A DNA stretch of 64,000 bases from Sedimentisphaerales bacterium (GTDB lineage Bacteria; Planctomycetota; Phycisphaerae; Sedimentisphaerales; SM23-30), in assembly GCA_963666285.1 (NCBI GenBank), contig OY762711.1; one strand, written 5' to 3'. Shown piece after piece: positions 32,693-42,827 of this stretch. Made by a program: the position numbers and the translations under genes. The notes under the pieces were generated by a model that did no database searches, was not told the DNA's origin, and saw only the letters and a list, made by a program, of their open reading frames with translations. How positions within the stretch are numbered: position 1 is the first letter of the stretch; the number at the start of each line of letters is the position of its first letter.

Positions 32693-35600
32693 ATGTTTAA
32701 AAGAATTTTACTATTAGTTATCGGAATATGTCTGGTAATTAGTTGTTCTGCAACTGCCGGAACTGTAGCATATTGGAATTTTGAAGAAGGCACTGCCGGG
32801 TCAGCTGTCACTCATGGAGGTAATGCTGATGGTGTTTTTTATGCTGGGGCACTAGATGCCTCAGGAAATGGAAATGATCTATCAGTCTGGGCAGAAGGTT
32901 GGGCAGGATTTGCTTATCGGTCTAATGCTGCAGCACCTCAGACGCCATTGACGGGTCAGCAGAATATGCTGAGCGTACAAAATTCCGGGTCTTATCCAGC
33001 GATGTTTACTAATGCTGAGTCTATTCGTACTATGGAACCGCTGGCATGGACTGTCGAGGTTGCGTTTATGCCGGAAAATGGTGGATGGCGTACAATTATC
33101 GGTCGTGATTCGAGAGGTTCAACAGATGAGAATAGCGATTTAGCGGCATTGTATTTACAGATTACTCCTGAAAATGCTTTGGCGATCAAATATTCAGATG
33201 TTTCCAGATACTGGCATGTGGCACAGACTGTTGACGGTTATATTAATGGTTGGGATTACCCCGACTCAAGTAGCGGACGATGGTATTATGCTGCGGCAGT
33301 TTGCGATGGCACAACCTTGTCACTTTATATTGCTGATGTTGAGGCTGGGACAGGTTATCAGCTGGCAGCTCAGACTGATGTGTCAGCTAGCGGCAGCTCT
33401 GATACATCGCTTGATAGCGGAGAGGGTACCGGTAGTGACTGGGTAGCCGGTAACTGGTCAGTAGGTCGCGGCTTATATGCCGGCGGACATGGTGACAGAG
33501 CGTTTGGTTTTATTGACGAAGTGCGTATTAGTGATTCAGCTTTAAGTCCTTCAGAATTTCTATATTCCGGTGGTTTACTTGTTGGTCCTGATGACCAGGC
33601 TGTTTTCGAAGAAGTTGAAGATGTTGCCAGTTTTACCGTGAATGCCATCTCAACTCCATATGGTGAGACATTAACTGAAGTTTTATGGTATAAAGATTCT
33701 CCAAGCCCTGATACACCTGTAGTAGCAGACGGAGTAAAATATGTAGTTACCCAGAGCGGAAATCAGTCTGTACTGGATATATATGATGTTACCAGTTCTG
33801 ATGTTGCCAATTACTATGCAGTGGCAGTATTTAGTGATAACTCATCAGTGTTGTCAACAGATACAGCAACTTTGTCATTTAGTAATGGATTGGTACACAG
33901 GTATAGTTTCTCGGGCGACCTGACAGATTCCATAGGGGGTGCTGATGGTATATTGAATGACCCTAACTATTATGCTTCATTTACAGAAAATAGTACCCAG
34001 CTGCTTATGGATAACCCAGAAATGTATCCGCTGGATGATCCAAATAATTATGCGTTTGTCGATTTACCGGATGGGTTGATTTCTTCATTAGGGAATTATG
34101 CGACATTAGAGCTTTGGATGACACCTTACAGTAATCAGGACTGGACACCTATAATGGCTTTCGGTCAGCGTAATGCAGATATCTTTACCGGAGCAGCTAC
34201 GGGTATCTTTACACAGATGAATAGATCAACCGGTTCGGAAGGTCCGTCATTTGCATCCCGTCTGAATGACTACCAGGTTTCACTGACCTCTTCTCCTGCA
34301 TTGACACTTGGCGAAGAAGTTATGCTGACTGTAGTTTGGAATGGTAATGATAATGAAATGGAACTTTACCGTAATGGTGAACTTGTCAGTTCCAGTGATT
34401 TAATTATGAAGTTATCTGATTTGAATGATGTTGACAACTGGCTGGGATTAGGCTATTGGAATGACTCGCTGCTGAACTGGAGGGTTAATGAGTTTAGAAT
34501 CTATGATTTCCCATTACCAAATTATTATATTAGTGCTCATTATCAGGCTGGTCCGGATACTACCGAGGTAGAACTTCGTCCGAGTGTATCTACGCCGGAT
34601 GATATTGCGGTTTATCCATCATTAAGAAATGATGATGAAGATTCAGCTGCCTTTACCGCGGAAATATATGATATTCCTGCCGGGGCAACTGTTGCCGGTG
34701 TAGACTGGTATATGGATCCTGACCCGGCTGCGTCAGGAGATGAAGTAGGGCCTCTCGCAAGCGGAGCAAAATATGCTATAAGCTTTACCCAGGCAGATAC
34801 AACACTTGTGATAAATGATGTTGATGCTGCAGATGAAGGTTACTATTATGTAGTGGCAAATATCAGTACCGGTGCATATGGAGTATCTGGCAGTGGTAAG
34901 CTGGTTGTAAGTGAAGGCCTTGTCCATCGCTGGAGCTTTAGCGGCAACCTGGCAGATTCTGTCAGTGGAGCAGATGGTACTTTACATGATCCTGATGGTT
35001 TGGTAAGTTATGTAGATGGCAGCAGTCAGCTTCTGTTGGATAATAACCATACCAGGCCTAATAGTGATCCGAATGCAGCATATGTTCTATTGCCGGCTGG
35101 TATTATCTCGGCTCTTGGCGATGATATGACAATTGAGATGTGGGTCACTCCACACCGCAAGACCTCTCCTACCGTTTGGGTAAATATGTTTGCCTTTGGC
35201 CAGGATGCAGATGGCGATCCAACAGACTTTACCGGCGGTGCAGGTATAATTGGTACATTGCAGTCAGGAGATCGTGATGCACCTGTATTTACTTATGAGC
35301 CGGAATCTGGAACAGCTCAGCGATTCCAGGTTGATAGTTCTGTTGATATAGACAAAGAGTTCCTGTTTGCTATTTCATGGGATGGCAATAACAATACGGC
35401 ATCTCTGTATATTATTGATGATAACGGAGTGCAGGTTGCTACAGATACTATTTCAGGAGATCTTTCGGCGATTATTGACGAGGTTAATTACATTGGTGCT
35501 AACTGGTGGAATGACTATGTGTTGAATGCCAGTATCAATGAAATGCGTATCTACGATTGGGCATTTGAATGGCCATGGGTAGAAGCTCATTATCTTGCCG

Positions 35601-35740
35601 GTCCTGACGAACTTAATGTCAACCCGTGTCTGGCATATCCAACACTTGACCTGGATGGTGATTGTCAGGTATCGCTAACGGATCTCGCAATATTCATCTC
35701 GCAATGGCTTGACTGCGGAAGACTTGATCCGTGTGAATAA
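32693..35740 (+). CDS. Secreted LamG/Ig repeat protein with C-terminal dockerin-like module
   Basis: Start at ATG 32693 after GGAGG; VAYWNFEE...GFIDEVRISD; two GLVHR(Y/W)SFSG LamG units; C-terminal LDLDGDCQVSLTDLAIFISQWLDC. Confidence 0.85.
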   Translation: MFKRILLLVIGICLVISCSATAGTVAYWNFEEGTAGSAVTHGGNADGVFYAGALDASGNGNDLSVWAEGWAGFAYRSNAAAPQTPLTGQQNMLSVQNSGSYPAMFTNAESIRTMEPLAWTVEVAFMPENGGWRTIIGRDSRGSTDENSDLAALYLQITPENALAIKYSDVSRYWHVAQTVDGYINGWDYPDSSSGRWYYAAAVCDGTTLSLYIADVEAGTGYQLAAQTDVSASGSSDTSLDSGEGTGSDWVAGNWSVGRGLYAGGHGDRAFGFIDEVRISDSALSPSEFLYSGGLLVGPDDQAVFEEVEDVASFTVNAISTPYGETLTEVLWYKDSPSPDTPVVADGVKYVVTQSGNQSVLDIYDVTSSDVANYYAVAVFSDNSSVLSTDTATLSFSNGLVHRYSFSGDLTDSIGGADGILNDPNYYASFTENSTQLLMDNPEMYPLDDPNNYAFVDLPDGLISSLGNYATLELWMTPYSNQDWTPIMAFGQRNADIFTGAATGIFTQMNRSTGSEGPSFASRLNDYQVSLTSSPALTLGEEVMLTVVWNGNDNEMELYRNGELVSSSDLIMKLSDLNDVDNWLGLGYWNDSLLNWRVNEFRIYDFPLPNYYISAHYQAGPDTTEVELRPSVSTPDDIAVYPSLRNDDEDSAAFTAEIYDIPAGATVAGVDWYMDPDPAASGDEVGPLASGAKYAISFTQADTTLVINDVDAADEGYYYVVANISTGAYGVSGSGKLVVSEGLVHRWSFSGNLADSVSGADGTLHDPDGLVSYVDGSSQLLLDNNHTRPNSDPNAAYVLLPAGIISALGDDMTIEMWVTPHRKTSPTVWVNMFAFGQDADGDPTDFTGGAGIIGTLQSGDRDAPVFTYEPESGTAQRFQVDSSVDIDKEFLFAISWDGNNNTASLYIIDDNGVQVATDTISGDLSAIIDEVNYIGANWWNDYVLNASINEMRIYDWAFEWPWVEAHYLAGPDELNVNPCLAYPTLDLDGDCQVSLTDLAIFISQWLDCGRLDPCE

Positions 35741-35770
35741 GCTATTTGATTACAATTAAGTTATATAGTA

Positions 35771-35804
35771 AAGGGCGATCCAATTGGGTCGCCCTTATTT
35801 TTTT
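35771..35804 (+). terminator. Intrinsic terminator
   Basis: aagggcgatcc-aatt-gggtcgccctt followed by a T-tract. Confidence 0.8.
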
Positions 35805-35810
35805 AGTTGT

Positions 35811-35842
35811 AAATAAAAGGACGAATCGTAAGAATCGTCCTT
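35811..35842 (-). terminator. Probable terminator for hom
   Basis: aaggacga...tcgtcctt stem with a T-rich tail on the minus strand. Confidence 0.55.
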
Positions 35843-35861
35843 GGGGAATATATAGCATATG

Positions 35862-37169
35862 TTATTCATCCGTTGGAGGGGTGACAACCGGTATGCATAC
35901 CGGGCTTCCGTTTATGGTATCCAACGCTGTAATTTCCTTTATTGCATTATCCATATTGCCTTGCTGAGCCATATCTGTCATGATGATTACAGGCACAAAG
36001 TCATGAGAACCGTGGACTTCCTGCTGAAGCATGCTCTGTATACTGATCTTATGACGGCCAAGAATTTCGGTCAGCTGGGCCATTACGCCGGCTCTGTCAG
36101 CGGCATTAATTCTCAGGTAGAACCTGCTGTATCTTTCCTCGGCAGGGCATAGTATTGCCGGCTCGGCATCTTTCCCCAGTCCTGCAGTTGTCTTAAATAT
36201 ACTGGCGGCATTACCGCGAGCAACATCAATCAAGTCTGCTACAACTGCACTGGCAGTAGGCATCATACCGGCTCCACGCCCCAGGTAAAGAGTGTGGCCG
36301 ACAGCATCACCAAAGATACTTACAGCATTAAACGGTCCGGATACTCTGGCAAGAGGTTCGTCATCATTAATGAATGCCATTTTAACCTGTATGGAAATGC
36401 CGTTTTCAGTTTTGTCGGCAATAGCCAGAAGTTTCATTGCATAGCCAAGTTTCTGACCGTAGATGATATCCTGAAGGTCTACTGACTCGATACCGCTGAA
36501 GGTAATGTCGTCATACACGATAGTGCTGCCAAAGGCGAGCATTGCCAGGATCGCAATTTTATGCGTACTATCTGCTCCATTGACATCCAGGGTCGGGTCG
36601 GCTTCTGCAAATCCTGCGGCCTGTGCTTCTTTTAATGCAGTGGCATAATCCTTGCCATGTTCGGTCATACTGCTCAGGATATAATTGCATGTTCCATTTA
36701 GTATTCCAAGCAGTGATGTAATGTTATTTGCGGCCAGTCCGGTATTGATTGAAGAAATAAGCGGGATACCACCGCAGCAGCTGGCTTCAAATGCAACTGT
36801 CTTTCCATTTTCTCTTGCCGCTGCAAATATTTCGTTACCTCGTTCTGCGAGAAGAGCTTTATTGGCGGTAACTACATTTTTGCCTGAAGCTATAATCTGC
36901 TTTTGAATATCGGCAGAAAAAGTCGTTCCTCCAACAAGGACCGCAACGGTATCGATTTCCGGGTTATTCAAAACTTTGTCCAAGTCGTCGTGCAGCAGCC
37001 CGGCAGGGATGCTTACACCTCGGTCACGGGTAATGTCTTTATCTATTATGTCAGTAATTTCGAACTCAATACCGGTACGTTTGGCAATAGAGTCTTTTTG
37101 TTCAAGTAATATTTTGGCAACGCCGGAACCGACTATGCCAAAGCCGACTATTGCAACTTTTGATTTCAT
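35862..37169 (-). CDS. hom: Homoserine dehydrogenase with C-terminal ACT domain
   Basis: GFGIVG Rossmann motif, VVTANKA, GILNGTCNYIL, GFAEADPTLDV, GRGAG. Confidence 0.95.
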   Translation of the reverse strand: MKSKVAIVGFGIVGSGVAKILLEQKDSIAKRTGIEFEITDIIDKDITRDRGVSIPAGLLHDDLDKVLNNPEIDTVAVLVGGTTFSADIQKQIIASGKNVVTANKALLAERGNEIFAAARENGKTVAFEASCCGGIPLISSINTGLAANNITSLLGILNGTCNYILSSMTEHGKDYATALKEAQAAGFAEADPTLDVNGADSTHKIAILAMLAFGSTIVYDDITFSGIESVDLQDIIYGQKLGYAMKLLAIADKTENGISIQVKMAFINDDEPLARVSGPFNAVSIFGDAVGHTLYLGRGAGMMPTASAVVADLIDVARGNAASIFKTTAGLGKDAEPAILCPAEERYSRFYLRINAADRAGVMAQLTEILGRHKISIQSMLQQEVHGSHDFVPVIIMTDMAQQGNMDNAIKEITALDTINGSPVCIPVVTPPTDE

Positions 37170-37195
37170 GATTGTTCCTTATTGTTTTATTCGAT

Positions 37196-37230
37196 ATCAG
37201 ATAAAAAACATTAGCTGTTTTATATCTGAT
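37196..37230. repeat. 15-bp inverted repeat just upstream of hom
   Basis: atcagataaaaaaca-ttagc-tgttttatatctgat (1 mismatch); no U-tract on the coding strand. Confidence 0.55.
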
Positions 37231-37283
37231 CAAGTTTTAAATATGTTAATTATTATTCTGGCAAGGGCTGCCAGATAATTTAT

Positions 37284-38255
37284 TTAGGCATTCCAGCAGG
37301 CAGCCAGGTGTTCGGTGCCGCCTTTATTTTCCAGTGGTGGGATTTCCTTTTTGCACTGGTCTGTACAGTAAGAGCACCTTGGGTGGAAAGGACATCCTGA
37401 AGGCGGGTTAACCGGGCTTGGTACTTCACCTTCTAATTTTATTCGCTGATACTTCCTCTCCGGATCTGGTAAAGGTATCGCCGATAGAAGTGCCTTGGTA
37501 TAAGGGTGTTTCGGATCGGCGTAAAGCTGTTTGGAGCTGGCATACTCAACTATTTTGCCAAGGTACATAACCGCGACATGATCACTGATATGCTCAACGA
37601 CCGCCAAGTCATGAGCGATGAAAAGGTATGTCAGGTTGTACTCTGCCTGGAGATCCTGAAGCAGGTTGATAATCTGCGACTGGATCGATACGTCAAGTGC
37701 ACTTACCGGTTCATCACATACGATGAACTTTGGATTTAATGCCAGGGATCGAGCTATTCCAATCCGCTGTCTTTGACCGCCGGAAAATTCATGTGGGTAT
37801 CGTGTAGAGTATGACGGCTGCAGTCCGACTTTATCGAGCAGCTCGTCGACCATCTCCTTCTTTTTCTTACCACGTGCTATCCCATGAACGCCGATAGCTT
37901 CGCCTATGATGGAACCAACAGTCATTCGCGGGTTAAGCGAGCCAAATGGATCCTGGAAAATGATTTGCATATCTCTGCGTATTTTTCGCATCTGAGCTTT
38001 CGGCAGACCAAAAACATTTTTCCCGTCAAAAGTAACTTTTCCGGAGGTTGCCGGGATCAGCTTTAGCAGACTTCTGCCCACAGTTGTTTTACCGCAACCG
38101 CTTTCACCAACAAGCCCGAGAGTTTTTCCTTGTTCTATACTGAAGCTCACTCCATCAACAGCTTTCAGCCATGCGTTTGGTTTACCGAACATGCTTTTCT
38201 GTACTGGAAAATGAGTTTTCAGGTTTTCTACATTTATTAAATTGATGCGAGCCAT
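37284..38255 (-). CDS. Oligopeptide/dipeptide ABC transporter ATP-binding subunit (OppF/AppF-like)
   Basis: GESGCGKT, FSGGQRQR, CDEP, HPYT, GCPFHPRC C-terminal domain. Confidence 0.93.
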   Translation of the reverse strand: MARINLINVENLKTHFPVQKSMFGKPNAWLKAVDGVSFSIEQGKTLGLVGESGCGKTTVGRSLLKLIPATSGKVTFDGKNVFGLPKAQMRKIRRDMQIIFQDPFGSLNPRMTVGSIIGEAIGVHGIARGKKKKEMVDELLDKVGLQPSYSTRYPHEFSGGQRQRIGIARSLALNPKFIVCDEPVSALDVSIQSQIINLLQDLQAEYNLTYLFIAHDLAVVEHISDHVAVMYLGKIVEYASSKQLYADPKHPYTKALLSAIPLPDPERKYQRIKLEGEVPSPVNPPSGCPFHPRCSYCTDQCKKEIPPLENKGGTEHLAACWNA

Positions 38256-38620
38256 AGTTTTTCACTTTTCAATAATAGTGCTCATAATTGATACTTTTTC
38301 CTAAAGCGATAATTTTAGCAGAGTTACATAGACTGGGCAAGCGAAAAGACTTACATAATATGCTTTCAAGGAAGAGATAAAGCCTTTGTTATCCGAATTT
38401 TGATTCCGGATACTTAATTATTTAGAGAAATTGTTTTATTATGCGATTTACATGATAGAAGTGCTTTTATTTGGAATTATAGCATTTATATGCTAATATT
38501 ATGTATCTATGCCTTTGTTGACAAACGACTTAAGAAGTTTTCAAGCTAGACTATTGTTTAATTTTATATGACTATAGTGCAATAATTTGCAATGTTTTAA
38601 CTTTAACTCAGGATTTAATA

Positions 38621-39628
38621 ATGATAATCAGAACAAAATCTTACCCTCGTGCAGGCTTTATTGGTAACCCTTCTGACGGATATTATGGAAAGACAATTTC
38701 TTTTGCTTTCAGTAATTTTTGCGCAGAGGTGGTTTTGTATGAGTCTCCCGAACTGGAAATTCTTCCCTGCCAGAAAGATCAGTCCCTGTTTAGCAGTATT
38801 CATGCCCTGGTAAATGATGTTGAATTGCATGGTTATTATGGTGGCATTCGCTTGCTAAAGGCTACTATTAAGCGATTTTATGATTATTGTCGAGAAAATG
38901 ATATCGAATTGAACGATAAGAATTTTACCATACGTTACAAATCAAATATACCTCATGGTGTCGGCTTAGCCGGTTCAAGTGCTATTATTACAGCTTGTAT
39001 GCGAGCTTTAATGGCATTTTTTGGTGTGACGATACCTAAGCCGGTACAGGCCGGGTTGATTCTTTCTGCCGAAAAAGATGAACTTCATATTGGTGCGGGC
39101 CTGCAGGACAGGGTCATCCAAGTATACGAAGGTATGGTATATATGGATTTTGCACAAGAGTTAATGGAAAAACAGGGTTATGGTAATTATGTGTCACTTG
39201 ACTATAAAAAATTGCCACCTGTCTATGTTGCATTTAAAGAAGACCTTAGCGAAGTTTCAGATGTATTTCATAATAATATCCGCGAGCGATTCGACAGAAA
39301 AGAAAAACTTGTAGTTGATGCTATGAAATATTGGGCTGATATTACAGATAAAGTATGTGAAGCTCTTGAAAATGGTAAAGCTGATAAAGTTGGGGCTCTG
39401 ATTGACGCGAATTTTGATATGAGAAAGAAACTGTATAAAATAAGTTCTTCTAATCTTGAAATGGTTGAAACTGCCAGGAAATGTGGCTGTAGTGCCAAGT
39501 TTACCGGGTCAGGTGGTGCTATTGTTGGTACATATACCGATCAGCGAATGTTTGAAAAACTTAAAAAGAATATGAAAAAGATTGGCGTTGTGGTAATTAA
39601 GCCAAAGATTGTAGCACCTAAAAAGTAG
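38621..39628 (+). CDS. GHMP kinase, glucuronokinase-like
   Basis: RAGFIGNPSDGYYG, IPHGVGLAGSSA, AGLQDRV, AKFTGSGGA. Confidence 0.75.
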   Translation: MIIRTKSYPRAGFIGNPSDGYYGKTISFAFSNFCAEVVLYESPELEILPCQKDQSLFSSIHALVNDVELHGYYGGIRLLKATIKRFYDYCRENDIELNDKNFTIRYKSNIPHGVGLAGSSAIITACMRALMAFFGVTIPKPVQAGLILSAEKDELHIGAGLQDRVIQVYEGMVYMDFAQELMEKQGYGNYVSLDYKKLPPVYVAFKEDLSEVSDVFHNNIRERFDRKEKLVVDAMKYWADITDKVCEALENGKADKVGALIDANFDMRKKLYKISSSNLEMVETARKCGCSAKFTGSGGAIVGTYTDQRMFEKLKKNMKKIGVVVIKPKIVAPKK

Positions 39629-39640
39629 GTTCATTTTGTG

Positions 39641-40849
39641 CTATATTTTAAGAGTCAATTTATAGATGTTAATCAATTTTTCTACCATGTCGGAGGCCAG
39701 ATAGTGCTTTTTTATAAATTGCTGGCAGCTAATAGCAAGTTCTCTTGCATATTCCCTGTTCTCAATTAATGTTTTAATTTTTTCGGCTAGATCTTCTGGA
39801 TTATGTATTTCTGCCGTTAATGCTGTCTTGCCGTTAACAATAAGATTATTCTCTGATGTGCCTACTGTAACTACGGCATTACCCGAACTCATAGCTTCAA
39901 GCAATTCCGGGTGCCATATTCTTGCAGGTCTGCATTGGACATAGATATCGCTCATGCGGAAGACCTTTCGAAACGCTTCATTATCAAGGACTATATGGTC
40001 TATTGGATCCGTAAAATGTACGTTTTTTGTTAATTCCAGGCTTGATACCATCTTGCGAAATTCAAACTCTGCTTTTCCTTCACCTGATATCATCAGTTGA
40101 AAGTCTAATTTGGAATCTTTCAGGATCTTTGCGGCTTTAATAAGCTCTGGCAGCCCCATATTTTTTTCGAAAGGACAACAGCAGAAAATCTGAGGCCATC
40201 TTTCTTTAAAATCGTAGCAGCTGACAGAATCGGTGGTATGAGTTCCGATTTCAACAAGACGTATTTTGTTTGCTTGTTGAGGATATTTTTGTCGCAGATC
40301 TCTGGCTACATGGCTGTAGCAAGGCATCAGGTGGCTGCATTTATTCTCTCTTATGTTAAGGTGGGAATGATTTTCTGACAAAAGTGACACAATATATGGG
40401 ATATCCAGCATTTTTGCTAATTCGGCAGCAAGTTTTTCCATTCTTTCACTCAAAGCGTGAATTAATGTAATTTTGTTGTCGGTTAGCTCTGCTGCCAGTC
40501 TTTCATTTTTCCTTGCCGGCTTTAGGAGTTCTGCCAAGTTAATCCTGGGAGTATATAAGGTGACCTGGTTTGCATTTTTAACTCTTACCGGAGTTGTTTC
40601 ATAAAGGCTTGAAATATCAGAGATTATGTTAATTGGAGGTGATGGGACAAAGTTAAGTACTCTGCTTCTTCCTCGACATATCAGGGCAAGATAGGCTACT
40701 TCATCAAACAAGCCAACGGTCAGTCTGCGCAATACAGGACCATATTGACGCAATGTCACATCGTCTGCCAGTAATGCTACTCTCATTGCCGGTGGTTCCA
40801 ATAATGGTTTGGAAATATCTAATTTTTCAGCTTCAGCTACCTGGTTCAT
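39641..40849 (-). CDS. Glycosyltransferase family 4-like (GT-B fold)
   Basis: IHAL, LMISGEG, LLEAMSSG, NLIVNGKT. Confidence 0.75.
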   Translation of the reverse strand: MNQVAEAEKLDISKPLLEPPAMRVALLADDVTLRQYGPVLRRLTVGLFDEVAYLALICRGRSRVLNFVPSPPINIISDISSLYETTPVRVKNANQVTLYTPRINLAELLKPARKNERLAAELTDNKITLIHALSERMEKLAAELAKMLDIPYIVSLLSENHSHLNIRENKCSHLMPCYSHVARDLRQKYPQQANKIRLVEIGTHTTDSVSCYDFKERWPQIFCCCPFEKNMGLPELIKAAKILKDSKLDFQLMISGEGKAEFEFRKMVSSLELTKNVHFTDPIDHIVLDNEAFRKVFRMSDIYVQCRPARIWHPELLEAMSSGNAVVTVGTSENNLIVNGKTALTAEIHNPEDLAEKIKTLIENREYARELAISCQQFIKKHYLASDMVEKLINIYKLTLKI

Positions 40850-40954
40850 TTATTTCGTTATTATGTAAAATAATATCTTTGACAACTGGAAATATTAATA
40901 ATTATAGTCTATTATATAAATGTAGCTTGTTTTTGGGTAAAAGTAAACATTTAC

Positions 40955-41497
40955 TTGGCCAAAAATAATCCATTATGTTTTACCTCTTTTTTGGAATTTT
41001 TGGCCGACACGGAAATGAAGGGAGCTATCATGGAAAAGGACGGTCTGTCTGAGGGAAAGTATAAACTAAAATACAAGCATGAAGAAGTTTCTATGGAGAA
41101 AAAAGAAAGTAAGATTAATTTGGGGAAAATTAGCGAAAGAGCGATTCTTATTGCCGAGGATAACAGGCAGAACCAAAGAGTTATTCAGATTCTGATTAAT
41201 CAAAAATATCCTTTATTAGAACTGTTTTTCGTTTCCAATGGGAAAGAATTGTTAGAGGAAATGGATCAGCAGGAATATGATCTGATTCTTCTGGATATTG
41301 GTATGCCTGTTATGGATGGATATCAGGCAGTGCGAAAAATCAGGGAGAATGGGTCAGACATTCCTGTAGTGGCATTAACTGCAAATGCTATGGGAGAAGA
41401 TGAACAAAAGTGTCTGGAAGCAGGATGTGATGGGTATATTTCCAAACCTATTGATGTCAAGAAACTTCATTCTGTGATTGATAGATATCTTGCTTAA
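40955..41497 (+). CDS. Single-domain response regulator receiver
   Basis: ILIAED, DLILLDIGMPVMDG, ALTA, ISKP; start more likely ATG 41030 (GAAGGGAG RBS). Confidence 0.85.
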   Translation: MAKNNPLCFTSFLEFLADTEMKGAIMEKDGLSEGKYKLKYKHEEVSMEKKESKINLGKISERAILIAEDNRQNQRVIQILINQKYPLLELFFVSNGKELLEEMDQQEYDLILLDIGMPVMDGYQAVRKIRENGSDIPVVALTANAMGEDEQKCLEAGCDGYISKPIDVKKLHSVIDRYLA

Positions 41498-41769
41498 CAT
41501 CTTCTACAACTTATCCCCAATCTTGTTTTCAGCCTTTCTTCAGAGTGCATTGTTTGATATTAATGTCTGATATTTTCTCAGTTCATTGCTTATTCAATGG
41601 TCCCATAACTCTGTTGTGTGTATCTCCGCGTTAATTATTTTTCTTTGCCTTAAGGTTATTATTATACCCAAAATCTCGTTTATCAGTGTGGTAAGAATGT
41701 ATTTTTTCGGACCTGGCACAAAAAACAATATTATTACATAATTTGTGTATATCACTTGATTTGTAGTGT

Positions 41770-41796
41770 TAAGTTGTAATTGAATCGATTCGATGT
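41770..41796 (+). promoter_or_regulatory. Possible sigma28-type promoter for the che genes
   Basis: TAAG-N15-TTCGATGT versus consensus TAAA-N15-GCCGATAA. Confidence 0.25.
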
Positions 41797-41894
41797 ATTA
41801 CTTCAGGTGAAAAAGAGTTTTTTACCACAATCGTATATTTTGGAAATATATGGGGAAGCACCTGAATAGGTGATATATTTGAAGGTAGATTATT

Positions 41895-42818
41895 ATGAAT
41901 AAACGATATTTAATGCCGGGTGAGTATCATATAACAAGATCGCCTATGCAAATTGATACTTTGTTAGGTTCGTGCGTAAGTGTGTGTCTGCGTAACAGGA
42001 TCAAAGGGTATGCGGCAATGAATCATTACCTGCTGGCAAGACCAAGCAAGGACGTAGATAATGATATTGGACGCTATGGAACTACCTCAATCGAACATAT
42101 TGTAAAATCTTTACTGGCGATGGATCCCAATCCTGAACATCTTGAGGCGCAAATCTTTGGTGGTGGTGCGGTAATGGATAGTTTGAGCAAAACCAGCAAT
42201 GTTGGCGGCGATAATATTGCGATGGCCAAAGAAATGCTTGCTAAATTTTCTATCCGAATTACTAAAAGTGATGTTGCAGGAACAAAGGGGCGTCGTATAA
42301 GTTTTAATACTGAAACTAACGAGGTTATTTCCAGGTCCGTTGGCAGTGATTCTGATAATGCCTTAACGCTGGAAAATAAAACTCCTCAGAAAAAAAGCGT
42401 CAAGCGGGTATTAGTTGTTGATGACTCCAAGACTGTTCGTTCTTTGTTGAAAAAAGCAATTGACACTGCCGATGATATGGAGGTTGTCGCCGAAGCCGCC
42501 GATGCTTACGAGGCCAGGCAGAAAGTCGTTGAATTAGACCCGGATGTACTTACTCTTGATATTATTATGCCAAAGATGGATGGTTTGGCGTTTCTACAAA
42601 GATTACAGAAGTACAGGCCTAAACCTGTAGTTATTGTATCAACAATAGCAAAAGATGGATCAAAAGTAGCAGAAAATGCCAAAAAATATGGCGCGGCAGA
42701 AGTAGTTGATAAGGATGAGCTTGAGTTATATAAAGGTATGGATATTGTATGCAGGGTACTTATTCCCAAGATAAGAAATGCAATGAGAAAGTCCGGCAGT
42801 AAAGTAACTATAAGCTAA
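41895..42818 (+). CDS. cheD: CheD chemoreceptor glutamine deamidase fused to a CheB-type receiver domain
   Basis: TLLGSCVSV, AMNHYLL, IFGGG, DVAGTKGR, then RVLVVDDS...PDVLTLDIIMPKMDG. Confidence 0.85.
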   Translation: MNKRYLMPGEYHITRSPMQIDTLLGSCVSVCLRNRIKGYAAMNHYLLARPSKDVDNDIGRYGTTSIEHIVKSLLAMDPNPEHLEAQIFGGGAVMDSLSKTSNVGGDNIAMAKEMLAKFSIRITKSDVAGTKGRRISFNTETNEVISRSVGSDSDNALTLENKTPQKKSVKRVLVVDDSKTVRSLLKKAIDTADDMEVVAEAADAYEARQKVVELDPDVLTLDIIMPKMDGLAFLQRLQKYRPKPVVIVSTIAKDGSKVAENAKKYGAAEVVDKDELELYKGMDIVCRVLIPKIRNAMRKSGSKVTIS

Positions 42819-42827
42819 AAAAAGAAT

